A DNA stretch of 64,000 nt from Macrostomum lignano (lineage: Eukaryota): NCBI GenBank assembly GCA_002269645.1, contig NIVC01002942.1:62001-126000 (forward strand), read 5' to 3'. The position numbers were made by a program, and so were the translations under genes. Under the pieces are notes generated by a model that ran no database searches, was not told the DNA's origin, and worked only from the letters and a program-made list of their open reading frames with translations. Of the stretch, positions 1 to 22,794 are shown piece after piece. Numbering within the stretch: the stretch's first letter is position 1; the number at the start of each line of letters is the position of its first letter.

Positions 1-135
1 TGGTCTGTCAGGGATCAGACTGGTGTGTCAGGTGTCAGACTGGTATGTCAGGTGTCAGACTGGTATGTAAGGGATCAGACTGGTGTGTCAGGGGTCAGAC
101 AGGTGTGTCGGAGGCCAGACTGGTATGTCAGGGGT
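1..135. repeat. Degenerate ~20-bp tandem repeat (TGGTATGTCAGGGGTCAGAC), truncated by the window start
   Basis: About 6-7 visible imperfect copies; probably intronic in the anoctamin gene. Confidence 0.85.
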
Positions 136-155
136 CACACTACACTACTGAAACC

Positions 156-10410
<10,255 letters not shown>

Positions 10411-11648
10411 ACATTAGCGAACCAAAACCGCCTATACTACTGCTACTGACGATTTTTCAGTAGTACATTACAATTTAAACGTTTTCAATTGACTTTAATT
10501 TCTTGGCACAAAAAGGAAACTCCTAATGAGATCGTTGAAAATTCTGAATTTCCTTTTCGCCTCAATAACTCAATTTGTTGATTAACTGTTTTTTTCTTGT
10601 GGTAAAGTACATTTTAACAAACGGAAGAGTATATTTACAATTATGTATTGGTAAAAAACTAACAATATATTTAACCAAAACAGTCCTCCAGTGAATAATT
10701 AACCGAGGAAAATGCTTTGAACTCTTCCCAGTTCGTGTGCTTCACCGCCTTTCACCAGGAAATGAGCCTGGACTTCGCCGCCGGCTCTGAAGGAAAAAGT
10801 ACTCAAAAGCACTCGCAAGCTTTGCATGCTCGCTTGGCTGCGTCTGGCTCTGACTGCTATCCGAGTCGGCTCGGGGATGTGGGGGTCGGGCGGGACCTCC
10901 GACTGGCACTTGGGCCACCGCCCAGTTGGCTGAGCCACCAAATTATTCATGAGACAGCGGGGCCAACTTAGCAGTTGCCGAGGCGCTTTGGCAGTTCGGC
11001 CTGAGTGGCCAAGTGGCCAAGTGATTAATATCCGGCTGGCACTCTGAATGTGTTCTGTCTCTCTCTCTCTCTCCCTCTCAAAGAAGCTATTTACGAGCGT
11101 AAACTGTCTTTGGGAGACGATAAACTAGTAAACTATTATAATCAACTCAGCACTGAGGGCGGTGTCTGTAGCAGTGCAGACTGTAAATGAGTCCAATGGT
11201 GCATTCTACTCTGACTCTACTCAGTATTCAATCTTTTTTTCAGCAAGCCAACCGAAATACAAAACACTTTATATAGCGTTGCAGCGTTGCTATTCTTTTT
11301 ATTGCCCTGTCTACACACACTTGCGTCCCTGCAAAGCTGACTTTGATCCCAGTAGCTCCTGGGGTCTCTGCGCCAATGGTGATTGACCTGAAAACGCACA
11401 ACTACTGCTGTGCCTTAGCTAGTGTTTCTGTAGTCCGGGACAAACAAAGCTGTTTCAAATCGACAATGAGCCATCGATGAGCAACGCGAAAATATGTGCA
11501 AGCCGTGTGATCAACGGGAAATCTGTTTCATCTGATGGCAGCTGGAACGAGCCTTCAGAGTTGGAAACAGTCGGTGCTTTTAGCTACCTGGCAGCAGATA
11601 CCAGGAAGGAAGAGATTTTTGCACCATCGTCCATTCAGACGCGCCGGC

Positions 11649-13794
11649 TCAAGCAGTCCTGGAGCAGCACCGGCACAACCGCTGCCTGTACAGCCGCAGC
11701 AGCTCAGCCCTGAACTTGTCATTCACCAGCGCGTACAAGAAGAAGTTCAACGAGGCGTTCAAGTAGAAAAATCGGTGCAGCGGCGAGTCCGGAATGAGCT
11801 GGAAGTTGATGAGCAGCATGGGCAGCATGCTGGCGTAGAACAGCAGGCTGGCAGCGAACAGCATCAGGGCGAGCCTCCGGGGAAACCAGAAGCCACTGGC
11901 GGCCGCTGCGTCTGGCTGGCCGTCAGCGTGGCCCGCCAGCGGTTCGGCCGCGTTGGACAGCGCACGCAGAGTCCCGGCCGTCTGCTCCCGGCGAGCCGAC
12001 CTTCGCCGCTCCTTGACCGCCACGAAGGCGAACAGCCGGATGTACAGGGCCAGCACTGCCAGCAGCGAGGCGGCTCCGAGGACCCCGTACAGGCGCAGCA
12101 GGTTGGTTTCCACCCACAGCTTCACGCGGCAGCGGTCCTCACTGAGGTAGTGCGCCAGCGTGGCCGCAGACTCGAGCGCCAGAAGGGCGCCCGCGCCACC
12201 CGCCAGCGCCACCAGCGTTGTGCGCAGTCGGAGGCCGGACTGGCGGGCATGCACGATGCTCAGGTATCTGCGAGTGAAGGAGTGATTAGCGACGTTGCTG
12301 ATACGGTTTTTCTTCCTCCTTTTGACGCACCTGACAACTCTGACACCAGCTTGGCACCCCTGACAGCATTTTTCCTCTATTGGGTTGCTCACTCAATTGT
12401 TGGTGGCGTTCGCAAGTGGGTAAAGAGCCAAAAAAGAACCCTTCGAAATTAAACTCTACAACTACATTAATGCTAATGAATGAGCTTGTAAAATGACAGA
12501 AAAATGGGTTCGAGGCTTAACTAGGAAGCATGGCGCCTCCTTTTTCGTAGGAAGCCTGATGGGAGCAGCTCCAAGGCGCTCCTGTAAATGTCTAGAGTGC
12601 AATGACAGGAGCCACTAAGTTGTGCAAAGGAAACATCTCATGAACTAATTTGGTTCGTAGCATGCGATTATGTGGTGACAGGCCGTCTGATCAAACCTAA
12701 GGGACTCCCCAACGGGCGAGCGCGAGTTGGCTTCAATCCGCTGGCCGGACTGAGCTTCGATTCTGAGCGGAGGTCGCGTCAAGAAGCGTCGACAGTTCGT
12801 CCCTAAACTTCCCAAGTACTGCTCCCAAGCCCAGTACAATTCCGAAAGTGTATGATCAATTCAGTGGATAGCTTTCGGTAGAAAGTATTCTGTTTGATGG
12901 CCTAGTTTAAGTTGCAAGACCGCGCGCCTCCTGCTCACCGCCAGCGATTCTCATTGTATTTAGGCTGCCTGGCGTAAGCCCTAGGGTCCCACGCCAGACA
13001 GCATTAGCACAAACAATCCACCCCAAGCCAATCGCGACCAAGGACCACTAGGAACATTTCGTTATATCTAGTCTAGTAGTCCTTGATCGCGACACGCCAG
13101 AGGGTCAAAAATACAATATGTAACAACCTCAGCCAATTAAAAGAATGGGGGGGGGTTGGCGCAAACAACGCGGGGCAGGGGGTGATGTAAACAACTGGAA
13201 CGGGGGCGAAAACAACTGCAAAGGGGGTTTGGCATATGCTGAAAGAGGGCACAAACACTTTAGGGGAGGGGGGTAAGAGTGCAGCGCCGGGCCCACCTGC
13301 CTGAGAGTCTAAGATCGCTCATCAGTGCAAGAGCACCCCGGCACAACAATTATTTATAAAACACACGCATGCCTGGGGATTAACAACGCCCACCTGTCCA
13401 CCGCGACGAGAACGAGGATCCAGGCCTCCATGGCGAAGGCGGCGTAGCGCGAGGACAGAATCAGCGAGCTCAGCCAGTGGTTGACCGGCCGGACTTGCAG
13501 CTGGCGCGTGGCGGCCTCCTGCTGCTGGTTGGCCAGGTAGTCGGTGAACACTCGGTAGCAGTCCGTGGGCAGCACCACCCCGCAGATGAGCAGGTCCATG
13601 CACGAGAGCACGATCACCAGGAACCGGAGGCTGCGCTCCCGGCCGACGGAGCCAACAAAGACCATGATCACGTGACCGTTGCCCAGCAGGCCGAGCAGGC
13701 CCAGCGCAGAGTAGAAGAGCAGCGACCCGACGGCCACCAGGCGAGTCTCGGGCAGCGAGTGCTCGGTGCACATGGAGTTCGTGGCGTTGCCCAT
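11649..13794 (-). CDS. Divergent rhodopsin-like (class A) orphan GPCR, ~339 aa, two coding exons
   Basis: Exons 13794-13394 and 12267-11649 join in phase 2 to rebuild the DRY motif (AVDR|YLSI). Seven hydrophobic segments; TM1 GLLGNG, TM2 LSCMDL, TM7 NASLNFFLY, helix-8 NDKFR, C-terminal LCRCC, N-glycosylation sequon NAT at the N-terminus. Confidence 0.9.
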
Positions 13795-15480
13795 GCCTGA
13801 GCAGGATTTGGGCGCCTCTCAGCAGCAAGTGGCTCTGCGAGCGGAGAAGCCAGCTTTTATCAGCTTTCTGCAACAGAACTCCAAGGCGATTGGGTGCTGC
13901 GGGTGGGGAGTGGCCTGAGTTTCTTGAACCCCCAGCTTTAGCTTCTCTCTGCGCCTGTCTGAACATGTCTGCTGTAAATACTCGGATTAAGTCACGGCTT
14001 GCACACAGATCTGTGCGGGCCTGGTTGGCTGGGATTCCGTGGTCGGATTGAACTGATTGATTCTCCTGGCCAAGCCCGATGGATCAGGCTGTCTGCAGTC
14101 ACACAGCTGAACCACGGGACAGCAAAAATGTGCTTGGAGCTCAAATTCTCCGTAACCCAAATTTTAAAGTCCCTCGCGTAGACTCTGAATGCAAATTTTG
14201 CCTGCAGGGAACCCAGAGCTCTCTATCTGATTGATATTTTCTCTTTCTGCGTGCTCCAAGCAAAACATTGATCCCCACTTTGGGACAGCCCCGTGAGCAG
14301 CTGCGCCGCCAGGGCCTGGCACTGATTGCAGCTGCGCTGATTCCGGCCGCCTGTCCGAGGGGCAATCGCATTGGGCCGTTTCCTCCCTGCCGCAGCTCCC
14401 TGCCTCTAATTAATCCGATGTCGCACTTCCGCATCAGCGTCCTTGCCTCGTAAATTTGTGAGCACAGATGCAGCAGTGACTCATGAGTGTTTTAGCGGCC
14501 CCTCTTTTGCTCTGTCCGTTAAGCCTGATGGCCAAATTGAAACCTGAGCCTTCTGATGCTCCTGGCTCATGCAGGTCTTCGGACTGAGTCTCTTTCTTAG
14601 CCAGGCCCCAAGTGTACATGTACACTGATTAAAGTACATGCTGATTGCTTTGGCACTGGCAGGTGGCCTGGATTAGGCCAGGGTCAGAGTTTTATGAGCT
14701 GTGCAGTGCGCAGGGGCGTCAAGTATTGCCGAACTGAAATTGGTGCAGGCGGCCTGAGACTGGCCGAAAACAGGAGCATTGTGCGTGCTAGCGGTGATGA
14801 AGCACGGAGACAGGGCAATGCACAAGTTCTGTTTGCGTTACACTACTGCAACAGTAGTGCATGAAGAAACCGATGTTTTCAAAAAATCTAATTATTTTAC
14901 AGAACACTTCCAAAAACTTATGGATTCTTGCTAAAAACAACTCCAGCTTTTTCATGGACCGCGTTTGCGAAGTCGGACACCTGGCTTCCATTCTGCTGAA
15001 AAAGCGGTGTTCTTCCAAAACCAGCAAGCTTTAGCTCGAGAATTTCCTGTTGGCAAAAGCGATTCCTCCAGCTCAGAGAGCCGCAGCTTTTTCCCAGGCA
15101 ACTGCAGCGCAAACACCTGCGGCTTTCCGAACAGACCTGCCTGGTCCTCTGCCGCCTGGGCTGCACAGGTGATTAGCGACTCATCGAGTCCGGTTGGGCA
15201 GCAGCCGCCTTTGAGACCGCACGCACCGCCTGCTCCTACGGGTCTCCAGTTTCCAAGCGGGTATTTTTGTCAGCTGAAGCTGCGGGCTCTCAGCTGCAGG
15301 CGCTCCGCGCTGCGCCTTCACGCGTCCCTGCGTCACAGACACACGGCTTCGGGGAGCTGCTCACTCAGCCGCTGACTCAGGCACCCGGCTGACCGTGGCG
15401 CTGGCAGCCCCTCTGCCTCTCAGCTGCCTTTTTCACTCTTTCACTCTTCCCGACTCTGTGGCTGCCTGCTCTGCCCCTGT

Positions 15481-16200
15481 ATGCCCCTCCTCCGGATCTG
15501 CTCCTCTTCATCTCATATCTCCCTTCCCATGCCCCTCCTCCGGATCTGCTCCCCTTCATCTCATATCTCCCTTCCCATGACCCTCCTCCGGATCTGCTCC
15601 TCTTCATCTCATATCTCCCTTCCCATGACCCTCCTCCGGATCTGCTCCTCTTCATCTCATATCTCCCTTCCCATGCCCCTCCTCCGGATCTGCTCCTCTT
15701 CATCTCATATCTCCCTTCCCATGCCCCTCCTCCGGATCTGCTCCTCTTCATCTCATATCTCCCTTCCCATGCCCCTCCTCCGGATCTGCTCCTCTTCATC
15801 TCATATCTCCCTTCCCATGCCCCTCCTCCGGATCTGCTGCTCTTCATCTCATATCTCCCTTCCCATGCCCCTCCTCCGGATCTGCTCCTCTTCATCTCAT
15901 ATCTCCCTTCCCATGCCCCTCCTCCGGATCTGCTGCTCTTCATCTCATATCTCCCTTCCCATGCCCCTCCTCCGGATCTGCTCCTCTTCATCTCATATCT
16001 CCCTTCCCATGCCCCTCCTCCGGATCTGCTGCTCTTCATCTCATATCTCCCTTCCCATGCCCCTCCTCCGGATCTGCTCCTCTTCATCTCATATCTCCCT
16101 TCCCATGCCCCTCCTCCGGATCTGCTCCTCTTCATCTCATATCTCCCTTCCCATGCCCCTCCTCCGGATCTGCTCCTCTTCATCTCATATCTCCCTTCCC
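15481..16200. repeat. 48-bp pyrimidine-rich minisatellite, 15 copies
   Basis: Unit ATGCCCCTCCTCCGGATCTGCTCCTCTTCATCTCATATCTCCCTTCCC; lies between the divergently oriented GPCR and stonin. Confidence 0.97.
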
Positions 16201-16898
16201 TTGCCCCTCTCTCCCTCTACTTTGTTTTCTTGTTAAACTCCCTAAAATTTCCCATCAAAGACAATAGCATTTCTTGCTCAGCAATAAATTTATCCAGCAA
16301 TTTATGAGGCAGTGAATTCATTCGTTTATGAGAAGTTAATGCAATCAACCGGGATTCTGTCACAGTGCTCACTCACCCGATGGGGCACAGAGCTGCTCAC
16401 TGCCTGCTTCATCTTCTCCCCCTCGAGTCTCTCCTTTCGTTGAGTTGCCGCAGCTCAGCTTCGAGGCGGTCGTCTCCGCTGGCCCGCTGCTAATTACATG
16501 CGCTGCCCCCTTTCCTTTGTAGCCGGGGCACCTGGCCAGTCCCGGACACGGCTCCTAATCTCGAATCCCACCCCCCCCCCCCAGAAAGGCTGCAGGGAAG
16601 CCGCAGATGTAGCAAAGTCGCGGCAAAGCGGATTCAGAGACACGCGGGAGTCGGGACTGATGAGGCAGAGAGAGGCGACCGGGGAGTTCTAGAGAGAGTG
16701 GGGAGCAGAAGGTGCAGCCTGGCCCGATTCTGCAGCTTCAGGCCATGGGAACTCGCTGTGTGCAGCCCGCCTGTGAGAGCGGGAGTTTGTTTATGGCTGA
16801 ACGAACTCTCGGGAAGGTGCGAAATAAACTGAACTGAGTGAACTCAAAATGCGCTTTTAATTATTTAAATTCCCTGCCGATTTAACCTGCCCTGCCGA

Positions 16899-17583
16899 TA
16901 CAACTGCCGCACTGTCCGGGAAATTCGATGGGGAACTGGGGATTGCATAAGACAACTGCCGCACTGTCCGGGAAATTCGATGGCGAACTGGGGATTGCAT
17001 AAGACAACTGCCGCACTGTCCGGGAAATTCGATGGGGAACTGGGGATTGCATAAGACAACTGCCGCACTGTCCGGGAAATTCGATGGGGAACTGGGGATT
17101 GCATAAGACAACTGCCGCACTGTCCGGGAAATTCGATGGGGAACTGGGGATTGCATAAGACAACTGCCGCACTGTCCGGGAAATTCGATGGGGAACTGGG
17201 GATTGCATAAGACAACTGCCGCACTGTCCGGGAAATTCGATGGGGAACTGGGGATTGCATAAGACAACTGCCGCACTGTCCGGGAAATTCGATGGGGAAC
17301 TGGGGATTGCATAAGACAACTGCCGCACTGTCCGGGAAATTCGATGGGGAACTGGGGATTGCATAAGACAACTGCCGCACTGTCCGGGAAATTCGATGGG
17401 GAACTGGGGATTGCATAAGACAACTGCCGCACTGTCCGGGAAATTCGATGGGGAACTGGGGATTGCATAAGACAACTGCCGCACTGTCCGGGAAATTCGA
17501 TGGGGAACTGGGGATTGCATAAGACAACTGCCGCACTGTCCGGGAAATTTGATGGGGAACTGGGGATTGCATAAGACAACTGC
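16899..17583. repeat. 52-bp minisatellite, ~13 near-identical copies, upstream of stonin
   Basis: Unit GCATAAGACAACTGCCGCACTGTCCGGGAAATTCGATGGGGAACTGGGGATT. Confidence 0.97.
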
Positions 17584-18017
17584 CCCGACCAGTTGCAGCT
17601 CCGCTTCCCGTCCAGAAGTCTTGGTCAAAGCGTCCCTGGACCGGACGGAGGCTCCGGGCTCGCGGGGACAATGCGATCTGCATGGGAGGGAAGAAAAGTT
17701 GCTCCGAGGCAGGGGGGAGCAGCTGCAGGCATGCCGCGAATCAGTGCCCGGGATAGGAGGGCGGCAGCGGCAGCCCTATAAGTGAGTCGCTCCACTCAAA
17801 TTCAGCCCTTCCTGTTGTGTCCGAGTCCCGCGATCCTTCACTCAAGGGCCGGCCTGCGAGCGAAGTGCAAAGAAGCCGAGGCCCCGAGCTGCCCCCGCCT
17901 TCTGCCTCTTTATACTCATCTCGGGTTCCCTCGGGGATAACACGCAGCTGCGGACCCCGGCTTCCCTGCTCAGAGCTACTCAGCCTAATCCGGCCTTGGC
18001 TCGAGTCCCCCTTCGCA

Positions 18018-18114
18018 ATGAGCAGCGCCAGCGGCAGCGGCAGCGGCGGCCACGAAAATAAAAAGCCGCTGTTCGGACTGCTGCCGTCATTTCGTCGGAG
18101 AAAGTCCAAGTCCA

Positions 18115-18147
<33 letters not shown>

Positions 18148-21100
18148 AGCAGCAGCAGCAGCATCAGAAGGAACAGGGCAAGCAGCCGTCCCCGCAACCA
18201 GAGCGAAGCGCGGATTTGGACGCGACCGAGTTCGAGTTCGGGCAGACCTACGAGCACCGCGGCAACGTGCAGGGCGTGTACTACAGCTACCTGGCTGCCG
18301 AGGAGTTCGGCTCGCCCTACGTGCAGAGTCACGAGGACTTCCGCACCAGCAGCCTGTCGCTGGAGTTCTCAGAGCGCGACGTGGTGATGCCGGACCGGGA
18401 CGCCCGCTTCTCCTTCAAGACTCTGCAAAGTCGCGGCAACAGCGGCGTATCGGCGCGCGGCGATCGGCGCAGCTCGTGCCGGCGCGAATCGACTGAGGGA
18501 AGCGGCGGATCGGCGCGCGGCGAGCGTCGGCGCAGCTCGTGCAGACGCGAGTCAACCGAGGGCGGCGCCAGCTCCGGCGGGGGCTCCGGCAGCCGCCGCT
18601 GCTCAGAAGTGGACGTGGAGCAGATCCGGGCCACTCTGTTCCCCGTGGACCCGCGTGAGTGCCAGTTCCAAGCCACTCAGGAGCTCGCGCAGCTGGTGAA
18701 GGACATCAGCGAGCAGCTCAGCCTCAGCAGCTGCGACAGCGAAGAGGAGGGTGAGGAGGGGACGAGCAGCACCTGCCGAGCTGCAGAGCGGGCGGACCGG
18801 GCTGTCCAGGAGTTCTTCACCAGCGCTAACTTGGACAGCTGCCTGGAGGCGGGGCCTGAGTGCCCGGCTACTGGCGACGAGTTTTCTATGCCACCGGAGC
18901 TGGAGGATAAAGCGCCGGACGAGCGCTCTGCCGCACCGGAGCTGGAGGATAAAGCGCCGGACGAGCGCTCTGCCGCACCAGAGCTGGAGAATAAAGCGCC
19001 GGACGAGCGCTCTGCCGCACCGGAGCTGGAGGATAAAGCGCCGGACGAGCGCCCTGCCGCACCGGAGCTGGAGGATAAAGCGCCGGACGAGCGCTCTGCC
19101 GCACCGGAGCTGGAGGATAAAGCGCCGGACGAGCGCCCTGCCGCAGCGGAGCTGGAGGATAAAGCGCCGGACGAGCGCCCTGCCGCAGCGGAGCTGGAGG
19201 ATAAAGCGCCGGACGAGCGCCCTGCCGCACCGGAGCTGGAGAATAAAGCGCCAGACGAGCGCTCTGCCGCAGCGGAGCTGGAGGATAAAGCGCCGGACGA
19301 GCGCCCTGCCGCACCGGAGCTGGAGGATAAAGCGCCGGACGAGCGCCCTGCCGCACCGGAGCTGGAGGATAAAGCGCCGGACGAGCGCCCTGCCGCAGCG
19401 GAGCTGGAGGATAAAGCGCCGGACGAGCGCCCTGCCGCAGCGGAGCTGGAGGATAAAGCGCCGGACGAGCGCCCTGCCGCAGCGGAGCTGGAGGATAAAG
19501 CGCCGGACGAGCGCCCTGCCGCACCGGAGCTGGAGGATAAAGCGCCGGACGAGCGCCCTGCCGCACCGGAGCTGGAGGATAAAGCGCCGGACGAGCGCCC
19601 TGCCGCAGCGGAGCTGGAGGATAAAGCGCCGGACGAGCGCCCTGCCGCAGCGGATGAGGACAGAGAAGGCCAGGATTTCAGCTGCAGCAGCCCAAATGAT
19701 TTCAAAGCAGCTCAGCAGGGGTGCGGAAGTACGGCAGGTCAGCTGCAGCTGGACTAGATGAATTCCCGCTTTCCACAAACTGTTTTCGCGCACTGTTTGC
19801 TTCGCAAAAAATAGACTCACACGAGTTCTGAGCTTCTCAAACAGCTTGAGTGGCTGAAACAGAGCAGCTGGATTTTACTAAACTTTTTCAACCAGCCTGA
19901 TGCGGAAGGGAATCTGTAAGAAAGGCTGAAGCCTGTCAAAGGATTCTGGGCATGAAGCTCCGGGGATCGATCAGGGCTCAGGCTAAGAGGTGCGGGGCAG
20001 GAAGATTGGGGTGGCCGGATGCATCAGCTGATTCCTAAGCCTCGAGATGGAGAGTGAATTAGAAGGTGGTCGGCAAAAATGAAACGCGGAGTGCGGAGAG
20101 CGGTGGCCGTCCCGCTTCACGCCTGAGCTGCCCCAGCTGCCTGGGAGCGGCTTGATGAGGCGGCGGAGGGAACAGCGGAGAGAATTTTTATGGTAGGCTG
20201 GCGTAAGCAGGAGGGCGGAATGTAAATTAGCTGGGACGGGCTGACGAGTCCTTCAAGTCTTTAATAAGCAGGCAGAGTTGCCATGGGGCAATGTCTGACG
20301 GCCTGACTGACCTAGAAAAATGACTGCAAGCGGCTGAACCCCCCTCTCCCTCCGCAGGCGCGATGAGCTTGTCCGAATGTGTTGCAGCGGAGGCCTCGGG
20401 TCTGCAGGGCTTCCCTGTGGCTGCTCAGGATGGCAGCTCAACTGAAGCCGAAGGGCCGAGCCAGAGCACCGGCGGGATCCGCGCCCAGCTCGGCCAGGAC
20501 GGTGCGGCAAAGCTGGCCGATGCGGGCTCGCTGGAGACCATCGCTGAGCGGCAGGAGACTCCAGAAGGGCCCGGGCGGAGCCCTCAGCGGTTCAACCCGT
20601 TCGACACCGACGATCGGGACCAGCTGCGGCTGGTGGAAGAAGCCGACGCCAGGAGCGAACAGAGCTCCTTGAGGCGCTGCTCTACTCGCGAGGAAGAGCC
20701 TGCAAGTGACGCGGTCTTCATCTCGGAGCTGATGGTGCAGGCGCAGGTTGAGCAGAGCCGGCTCGAGCCGTTCCACCCGCCATATGATGCAGCGGACGGC
20801 TGGCTGCTGTGGGCGCGGCTCTGCGGAGACGCCGCGAAAGCGTCATGGACGGAGGTCCGCGTCCGGCTGACCAGCGAGCCCAGCTTGGAGCTGCTCGACG
20901 AAGCTACAGACCGGTTGCTGCAAGTCATCAGGCTGGATGCGAGCCAGCAGGTTGGCGAGGACGTGCTGAAGCTGTACGAAGGCGTGGGCCGGCTGCACAC
21001 ATTCAAGCTCAGCTCAGTCCGCTACGCGCCGGAGGGCGAACACCGCGCCGACTGGTGGTCGCTGCGCTCGCTGCAGCAAGCCATCGTAGGCAGCCGGCTG

Positions 21101-22794
21101 GCAGAGCGGGAGCAGTCGTGCGGGCCCGCGAAGGTGCAGACCGTCATTATGAAGCTCGGCAGCGCTGAGCAGTACACGTCCAGATCGCTGGCTTGGGCCA
21201 TCGAGGACTCGCTGATGAGGATCTCGGATGCGACGCCACAGCCGCCGCCAGTTGAGTGCGCCAAGGAGAGCAGCTTCTTCTGTGCCTACCTGCGCGACGA
21301 ATTCGAGGCCATGATCGACCGCGAGGGCCAGGTGATGCACCGGAAGTGGCGCACCCGGCTGTTCTTTCTGGCTGTTGTCGCTCCGTCCGATGCGCCGAGC
21401 TGCGTGGAGCTCGCGCTGAACGACAGGCGGCGCCGAGAGGCCGAGCGGTCGATCGACTCAGACGGCGGCGACGATGGCGAATGGGTCGGCGTGCTGGACG
21501 CGGAGCTGCACGCTCGGGTGGAGGTCCGCGGATATCGGGAATCTCGCTTCATCCGCTTTCAGCCGGTGCCGTCCTGCCGTCTGGAGGCGGCCCGGGTCCG
21601 CACGGTTCCCGGCCGCGACGAGGACTGGCAGCTGGAGCCGCCGCTCCGCCTGGCCTGCAGATTTGTCGCCTGCGCCGACGGCAACCTGGTGAGCATCCGC
21701 TGCACCCTCACAGGCCAGAGAGAGGCGCTCCGGCGTCGAACGGCGGCCGCGGCGAGCGAAGTTGAGATTCGAGTGCCGCTGCCCGAGGTCTGGCTGCGGC
21801 ACTTCCGGCTGAAGTCGTCGAGCCCCGCGTCTCCGGGCACGTCGGGCTCCTCGCCGAGGCTCGAGCGCCTGGCGCAGCTGATCTCCCAGCAGTCGGAGCC
21901 GCAGACTGTGGAGCTGAAGGTCAGCGCCGGCTCTGCTCAGTACCAGGACGCCCACCGGGGCCTCGTTTGGCGTATCGAGCGGCTGCCCGCGGACAAGCTG
22001 AGAGGTTGGTTGCGAATCGATCTGGTGAACTTTTCTAAACCACAGCATGACTACTAGCCAACTATAATCATAAGCAATTACATGTATGCGGGGGCTGTAA
22101 AAGTTAAGGTGCAAGCATATAAGGATAAGGAGTAAATTATTGAAACGCGTGCTGTTTGAAATCAGCTTGAGAATGAAATCTGAAAGTCCTTCGGGGAACT
22201 TGTTCCCTAGATATTAAAAACAAGTGAAAAGCGGTTCTTCACATCCCACATACAGCAGGCTGTCCGGAGCCCCAGCAGCTGGACTGCAGCCTCCGCCTTC
22301 CGCCTGGTGACCTGATTCCCGACGGCGAGGCGCTGACTGACTCCGCGTCGATTGAGTTCAGCCTGCCGGACACCTTCGTGTCAGGCTGCAGCCTGCGCCG
22401 CTTCAGCGTTGACGGCCCGGACGGCCCAGCGGATCGGCAGCAGCTGCTGGAGCGGCGCTCGGCCAAGTTCAGCTACAGCTGCAGCATCGACTACCGCGGC
22501 CTGGGCGATCAGCGGACTGTGGTCGGCGAGCCGGCGGAGAACTCCATGCGAAGTCGCAGGGCCACTTTCGGCGGCGGCGGCGGTGGCGTTGGAGGCGCGA
22601 AATTTCCGGGGTCGCCGCGTTCCCGCGCCTCCGACCTGAGCGGCTTCATTCGCAGCCTGGTGCACATCAACTCGAGTGGCGCCGAGGCCGAATGCGCAGC
22701 TCGGGGGGAACCGCCGAGCGGAGCAGCCGAGTATCATCAGCCCAGGCCGAGGCGCAGACGACTGACGGGCGGCCTGACTGACGATTCGAGCTGA
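18018..22794 (+). CDS. Stonin (stoned B-like endocytic adaptor): NPF motif, stonin homology domain and mu-homology domain, with a long low-complexity N-terminus; ~1300 aa if all exons are joined
   Basis: Exons 18018-19737, 20358-22004, 22259-22794 are phase-consistent (1,1). Motifs RFNPFD, DGWLLWARL..SWTEVRVRL, GRLHTFKLSSVRY, MKLGS, ELALND, IRFQPVPSCRLEAARVR, IEIRVPLP..W, VSAGSAQYQDAHRGLVWRIERLP, IEFSLPDTFVSGCSLR match my recollection of stonin SHD/MHD consensus. Confidence 0.88.
18894..19652 (+). repeat. 42-bp tandem repeat, 18 copies, in frame in stonin exon 1 (ELEDKAPDER[S/P]AA[P/A])
   Basis: Period 42 inside the continuous ORF 17817-19757. Confidence 0.93.

Noticed and set aside
14788-15375. 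ORFs of 79-136 aa between the GPCR and the 48-bp array
   Set aside because: No homology cues or hydrophobic/domain pattern; more likely UTR or intron
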